A stretch of DNA of 64,000 nt from Bacillota bacterium (GTDB taxonomy: Bacteria; Bacillota; Sulfobacillia; RBS10-35; Bu92). Below, piece by piece: positions 59,670-64,000 of the stretch. Each line of letters opens with the position of its first letter. Positions within the stretch are counted from its first letter, which is position 1. The stretch covers positions 10,397-74,396 of the forward strand of contig JADBKN010000009.1 in the NCBI GenBank assembly GCA_014896375.1, read 5' to 3'. Both the position numbers and the translations under genes were made by a program. The notes beneath the pieces are model-generated. The model had not been told where the DNA came from. It saw only the letters and a list, made by a program, of their open reading frames with translations, and ran no database searches.

Positions 59670-60331
59670 GCGGCGCCTGGCTGGCCTTCGCGGCGCTCAC
59701 CGGCATGGTGCTCTACTCCGGCTACAAGGTCGTCACCTCGCCGCTCATCACGCACGCCGCCCTCTACCTGGCGACGGCGCTCGTCGGCGTGGCCGGGTTC
59801 TTTCTCATGCTGGAGTCGGAATTTCTCGCCGTCGTGCAGGTCCTCGTGTACGTGGGAGCCGTCATGACGGTCATCATCTTCGCCATCATGCTCTCGGACG
59901 TGCCGGCGCTGCAGGGGGACCCGCAGGCGACCCTCGTCTCGCGGCTGCTCTCCCGGCGCTTCGGCTCCGTCCCGGCGCTCGTGAGCGCCGGGGTGCTGGC
60001 GCTCGTGCTCATCGGCTACGGCTCCGTGCGCTGGGCGGCCGCGCCCCTCGGCGGGGCGCCGGAGGCGGTGCACCCGCTCCTGCACGACACGACCGCGCAG
60101 GGCAGCACCGGCGTCATCGGCCGGGCGCTCTTCACCACGTACCTCGTGCCCTTTGAAGTGGCGTCGCTGCTCCTCCTCGCGGCGATGGTCGGCGCCATCG
60201 TGCTGACGAGGCGGGAGCGCGGCGCGGCCGAAAAGGCCGCGGCCGGGAAGGCCGGGGCGGGCGCGGCGGCGGCGGCGCCCGCCGTGGAAGGCGCCGCGGA
60301 GGAGAGGGGAGGCGCGCAGTTTTGGCCGTGA
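59666..60331 (+). CDS. nuoJ: NADH-quinone oxidoreductase subunit J
   Basis: QVLVYVGAV, PFEVASLLLLAAMVGA. Confidence 0.95.
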   Translation: MSGAWLAFAALTGMVLYSGYKVVTSPLITHAALYLATALVGVAGFFLMLESEFLAVVQVLVYVGAVMTVIIFAIMLSDVPALQGDPQATLVSRLLSRRFGSVPALVSAGVLALVLIGYGSVRWAAAPLGGAPEAVHPLLHDTTAQGSTGVIGRALFTTYLVPFEVASLLLLAAMVGAIVLTRRERGAAEKAAAGKAGAGAAAAAPAVEGAAEERGGAQFWP

Positions 60332-60636
60332 TTCCCGTGCAGGCGTTCCTCATCGTGGCGGCGGCGCTCTTCGCCCTCGGGCTCTTCGGCGCCTTGCGCC
60401 GCACGAACGCCATCATGGTGCTGATGGGCATCGAGCTCATGTTGAACGCCGTCAACCTCAACCTGGTCGCCTTCGCGCGTTACCTGCAGGGCGCCCTCGT
60501 GGGCGGCCAGGTGTTCGCCGTGTTCGTCATCACGGTGGCGGCGGCGGAGGCGGCGATCGGGCTGGCGATCGTCCTGCTCCTCGCGCGCCGGCGGCGGACG
60601 ATCGAAGTTCCGGAGATCCACGACCTGAAAGGCTGA
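60328..60636 (+). CDS. nuoK: NADH-quinone oxidoreductase subunit K
   Basis: IELMLNA, VAAAEAAIGLA. Confidence 0.96.
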   Translation: MIPVQAFLIVAAALFALGLFGALRRTNAIMVLMGIELMLNAVNLNLVAFARYLQGALVGGQVFAVFVITVAAAEAAIGLAIVLLLARRRRTIEVPEIHDLKG

Positions 60637-60641
60637 TCGAC

Positions 60642-62489
60642 GTGGTCGAGCACGCTTGGCTGATCCCGCTCCTGCCCCTTCTCGCCTACGCGGCCCAGGT
60701 CTTCTTCGGGCGCGCGCTGGGCGCGTACACCGCGTGGGTGGGTGTCGTCCTCTTGGCGGCGGGCGCCGCGCTGAGCCTCGGGGTGCTGGCGCAGGTCCTC
60801 GGGGGCGCGGCGGCGGCCGCATCCTTCCCGTGGCTGAAGATCGGGGACCTGACCTTCGCCATGGGCTTCCGCGTGGGCCCGCTGGAGGCGGCCATGCTGG
60901 CCATGGTCACCGTCGTCAGCCTCATGGTGGAGATCTACTCCATCGGCTACCTCCACGGGGACGCGAAGTACAACCGCTTCTTCGCGAACGTCAACCTCTT
61001 CGTGGCCAGCATGCTGGGCGTGGTCCTGGCGGACAACTTCCTCCTCTTCTTCGCCTGCTGGGAGATCATGGGCCTCTGCTCCTACCTCCTCATCGGGCAC
61101 TGGTACGAGGACCTGGACAACGCGCGCGCGGCGACGAAGTCGTTCCTCGTCACGCGCCTGGGCGACATCGGCCTCCTCATCGGCATCTTTGTGACCTTCT
61201 GGCACGCGCACAGCCTCAACTTCGCCGACATCAACCAGTCGGCCGCCTCGTGGGGGGCGGGCGCGGCCACGCTGGCGGCGCTGCTCATCTTTACGGGGGC
61301 GGTGGGCAAGTCGGCGCAGGTGCCGCTGCACGTCTGGCTCCCCGACGCGATGGCCGGCCCCACGCCCGTGAGCGCCCTCATCCACGCGGCCACCATGGTG
61401 GCGGCGGGCGTGTTCCTCGTCGCGCGCACCTACCCGGTGTTTGAGGCTTCGGGGACGGCGTTGCAGGTCGTGGCCTGGGTGGGTGGGCTCACGGCGCTCC
61501 TCGCCGCCACCATGGCCACGGTGCAGGTCGACATCAAGAAGATGCTCGCCTACTCGACGATGTCGCAGCTCGGCTACATGATGCTCGGGCTCGGCGTCTT
61601 CGGGTACGCGGCCGCGCTCTTCCACCTGCTCTCGCACGCGTTCTTCAAGGCGCTGCTCTTCCTCGGCTCCGGCAGCGTCATCCATGCGGCGGGCGGCGAG
61701 CAGAACATGCACAGGATGGGCGGGCTCCGGCGGAAGCTGCCGTGGACGACGGTCACGTTCGTCATCGGCGGCCTGGCGCTCGCCGGCATCCCGCCGCTCT
61801 CGGGCTACTTCTCGAAGGACGAGGTGCTGCTCGCGGCCTTCCGTGCGAATCCAGCGCTCTTCTGGATCGGCGTCGCCACCGCCGGCCTCACGGCCTACTA
61901 CGTGATGCGCGGCATCTGGCTCACCTTCTTCGGCGAGCCGCGCGATGCGCACCTCTACGCGCACGCGCACGAGTCGCCGGCCGTGATGGTGGGGCCGCTT
62001 CTCGTGCTGGCCGTGCCGGCCGTGTTCTTCGGGTGGCTCGGCTCGCCGCAGCTCGGCCATGCGCTACAGCACTTCATCGCCTTGCCCGGCGAGGCCGAGC
62101 CGGCCGCCGACCGCTTCGCGGCCGCGGCCACGATCGCCATGGCCTTCGCCGGCCTGGCGCTGGGGCTGGCGATCTACGCGGGCGGCCGGCCGGCCCTGCG
62201 CCGCGACCTGATCCGCGCCCTGCGGCCGCTCTACGTGCTCTTTAAGCAGAAGTGGTATTTCGACCACCTGGCCCTCGGCCTCACCGGGCTGGGGCTCGGC
62301 CTCGCGCAGGTCGTGGGGGCGCTCGACCGCTATGTGGTGGACGGCGTCGTCAACGGCCTGGCCTGGCTGACGGGCGCCGTGGGGCAGCTCGTGCGGCGCG
62401 CGGCCGTGGGCGACGCCCAAGCGTACATGCTCACGATGGCCGGCGCGGTGCTCGTCGGGCTGGCCGTGTACCTAGGGATGGGAGGCTAA
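60642..62489 (+). CDS. nuoL: NADH-quinone oxidoreductase subunit L
   Basis: GKSAQVPLHVWLPDAMAGPTPVSALIHAATMV, HAFFKALLFL. Confidence 0.97.
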   Translation: MVEHAWLIPLLPLLAYAAQVFFGRALGAYTAWVGVVLLAAGAALSLGVLAQVLGGAAAAASFPWLKIGDLTFAMGFRVGPLEAAMLAMVTVVSLMVEIYSIGYLHGDAKYNRFFANVNLFVASMLGVVLADNFLLFFACWEIMGLCSYLLIGHWYEDLDNARAATKSFLVTRLGDIGLLIGIFVTFWHAHSLNFADINQSAASWGAGAATLAALLIFTGAVGKSAQVPLHVWLPDAMAGPTPVSALIHAATMVAAGVFLVARTYPVFEASGTALQVVAWVGGLTALLAATMATVQVDIKKMLAYSTMSQLGYMMLGLGVFGYAAALFHLLSHAFFKALLFLGSGSVIHAAGGEQNMHRMGGLRRKLPWTTVTFVIGGLALAGIPPLSGYFSKDEVLLAAFRANPALFWIGVATAGLTAYYVMRGIWLTFFGEPRDAHLYAHAHESPAVMVGPLLVLAVPAVFFGWLGSPQLGHALQHFIALPGEAEPAADRFAAAATIAMAFAGLALGLAIYAGGRPALRRDLIRALRPLYVLFKQKWYFDHLALGLTGLGLGLAQVVGALDRYVVDGVVNGLAWLTGAVGQLVRRAAVGDAQAYMLTMAGAVLVGLAVYLGMGG

Positions 62490-62492
62490 GCC

Positions 62493-63965
62493 GTGGAGGC
62501 ACCGATTCTCAGCATCGCCGTCTTCGCCCCGCTCGCCGGCGCGCTTCTCCTGCTCCTCGTCCGCGCCGACGACCGGCGCACGCTGCGCGCCGTGGCCACT
62601 GCCTTCATGGCCGTGCCGGTCGTGGCCGTCGCCTGGGGGGCGGCCCAATTCCGCTTCGGAGACCCCGGCCTGCAGCTCGTGGAGCGGGCCACCTGGATGC
62701 CCGGCATCGGCGTCTCGTACTTCCTCGGCGCCGACGGCATCAGCCTCGCGATGCTGGCCCTTTCGGCCGTCGTGGGGCTCGTGGCCACCATCGCGAGCTA
62801 CGGCATCGACACGCGTGTGAAGGAGTACTTCGTCCTGCTGCTCCTTCTGCAGACGGGCGTCCTGGGCGTGTTCGCGGCCGAGGATCTCATCCTCTTCTAC
62901 CTCTTCTGGGAGCTCGTCCTCATCCCGATGTACTTCATCATCGGGATCTGGGGGCACGGGCGGAAGGAATACTCGGCCATCAAGTTCATCCTTTACACGA
63001 TGGTGGCGAGCCTCCTGATGCTCGTCGGCATCCTCGCGCTCTACTTCCTCACGGGCGCGAAGACCTTCGCCATCCCGGAGCTCGTGGGGCTCGGCCGCAC
63101 GCTGGCGGCGGGCCTGCAGTGGTGGCTGTTCCTCGCCTTCTTCATCGGTTTCGCCGTCAAGGTACCGGTCTGGCCGTTCCACACCTGGCTGCCGGATGCG
63201 CACGTGGACGCGCCCACGCCCGGCAGCGTCATGCTGGCGGCGGTGCTGTTGAAGCTCGGGGCCTACGGCCTCCTGCGCATCCCGCTGCCGGCCTTCCCGC
63301 AAGCGGCGCACGCCTTCGCGGGGACGCTGGCGCTGCTCGGCGTGATCAACATCATCTACGGCGCCTTGGCGGCGCTCTCGCAGCGCGACCTGAAAAAGCT
63401 CGTGGCGTACTCCAGCGTGAACCACATGGGCTTCGTGCTCATCGGGCTCGCAGCGGCCACCCCAGCCGCCGTGGACGGGGCCGTGTTTCAGATGGTCTCG
63501 CACGGCCTCATCTCCGCCATGCTCTTCCTCATGGTGGGCGTCTTCTACGACCGCTTCCACACGCGGGACATGGAGCGCTTCAGCGGCATGTACACCGTGA
63601 TGCCGCTCGCGGCCACGTTCATGGCCTTCGCCGCCTTCGCGAACCTGGGCCTGCCGTTCCTCTCCGGGTTCATCGCGGAGTTCTACACGCTCATCGGCTC
63701 CTGGACGGTGTTCCCGCAGTACGTGACGGCCGCCGCGCTGGGGCTCTTGCTCACGGCCGGCTTCAACCTCTGGATGATGCAGCGCGTCCTCATGGGCCCG
63801 GTGCGCGCGGAGCAGCGCGGCACGCCGGAAATGCACGCGCGGGAGATCGTGACGCTCGTGCCGCTCGCGGCCTTCGTGCTGCTCTTGGGCGTCGCGCCCG
63901 GCCTCCTCACGGCCTGGCTCAACGCGCCCGTGCAGGCGCTGGTGCAGCGGATGGGGGGCATGTAG
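62493..63965 (+). CDS. nuoM: NADH-quinone oxidoreductase subunit M
   Basis: FWELVLIP, KVPVWPFHTWLPDAH, AYSSVNHMG. Confidence 0.97.
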   Translation: MEAPILSIAVFAPLAGALLLLLVRADDRRTLRAVATAFMAVPVVAVAWGAAQFRFGDPGLQLVERATWMPGIGVSYFLGADGISLAMLALSAVVGLVATIASYGIDTRVKEYFVLLLLLQTGVLGVFAAEDLILFYLFWELVLIPMYFIIGIWGHGRKEYSAIKFILYTMVASLLMLVGILALYFLTGAKTFAIPELVGLGRTLAAGLQWWLFLAFFIGFAVKVPVWPFHTWLPDAHVDAPTPGSVMLAAVLLKLGAYGLLRIPLPAFPQAAHAFAGTLALLGVINIIYGALAALSQRDLKKLVAYSSVNHMGFVLIGLAAATPAAVDGAVFQMVSHGLISAMLFLMVGVFYDRFHTRDMERFSGMYTVMPLAATFMAFAAFANLGLPFLSGFIAEFYTLIGSWTVFPQYVTAAALGLLLTAGFNLWMMQRVLMGPVRAEQRGTPEMHAREIVTLVPLAAFVLLLGVAPGLLTAWLNAPVQALVQRMGGM

Positions 63966-63968
63966 GCG

Positions 63969-64000
63969 ATGTACGATTTCACCGGCATCCTGCCGGAGCT
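63969..64000 (+). CDS. nuoN: Probable start of NADH-quinone oxidoreductase subunit N (truncated)
   Basis: MYDFTGILPE after nuoM; LPE motif typical of the NuoN N-terminus; only 10 full codons visible. Confidence 0.7.
   Translation, partial: MYDFTGILPE

Overview
Chromosomal window from a very GC-rich, spore-forming Bacillota (Firmicutes) bacterium; the assignment rests on a CIRCE element, yqfC/yqfD, a gerD-like gene and an SLH protein. Most of it is housekeeping: dnaJ-prmA-ddl-HIT-rpsU, yqfCD-phoH-pgpH-ybeY-dgkA-DUF502-era, guaB, paaK/paaI, thiolase-hbd-moeA-moaC, CIRCE-groESL, oppABCDF, a heterodimeric ABC exporter, two tandem hpt genes plus guaA, pcrA-ligA-gatCAB-rlmD-NUDIX-mutY-queG, and an 11-subunit-type nuo operon lacking nuoEFG that runs off the right edge. 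No mobile elements, CRISPR arrays, rRNAs or tRNAs were seen. The most interesting signals are two apparent peptide cell-cell signalling cassettes; the first peptide ORF is absent from the ORF track and the second appears only with an over-extended start. Cassette 1 (minus strand, 55.2 to 53.25 kb): a c-di-GMP-I riboswitch, then a TPR-repeat plus partly degenerate HD-GYP protein, then a translationally coupled 47-aa secreted Phr-like peptide. This is an RRNPP-like layout with a cyclic-dinucleotide domain as the effector. Cassette 2 (plus strand, 35.0 to 37.9 kb): Spo0A boxes and sigmaH-like promoters, then a 30-aa signal-peptide ORF ending ASA/YGPNWPW, then an orphan multi-TM, degenerate HD-GYP, GAF-like, KinA-like histidine kinase. 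An Opp importer with a sigmaH-like promoter lies in the same window. All functional calls come from motif recognition by eye, without database searches.
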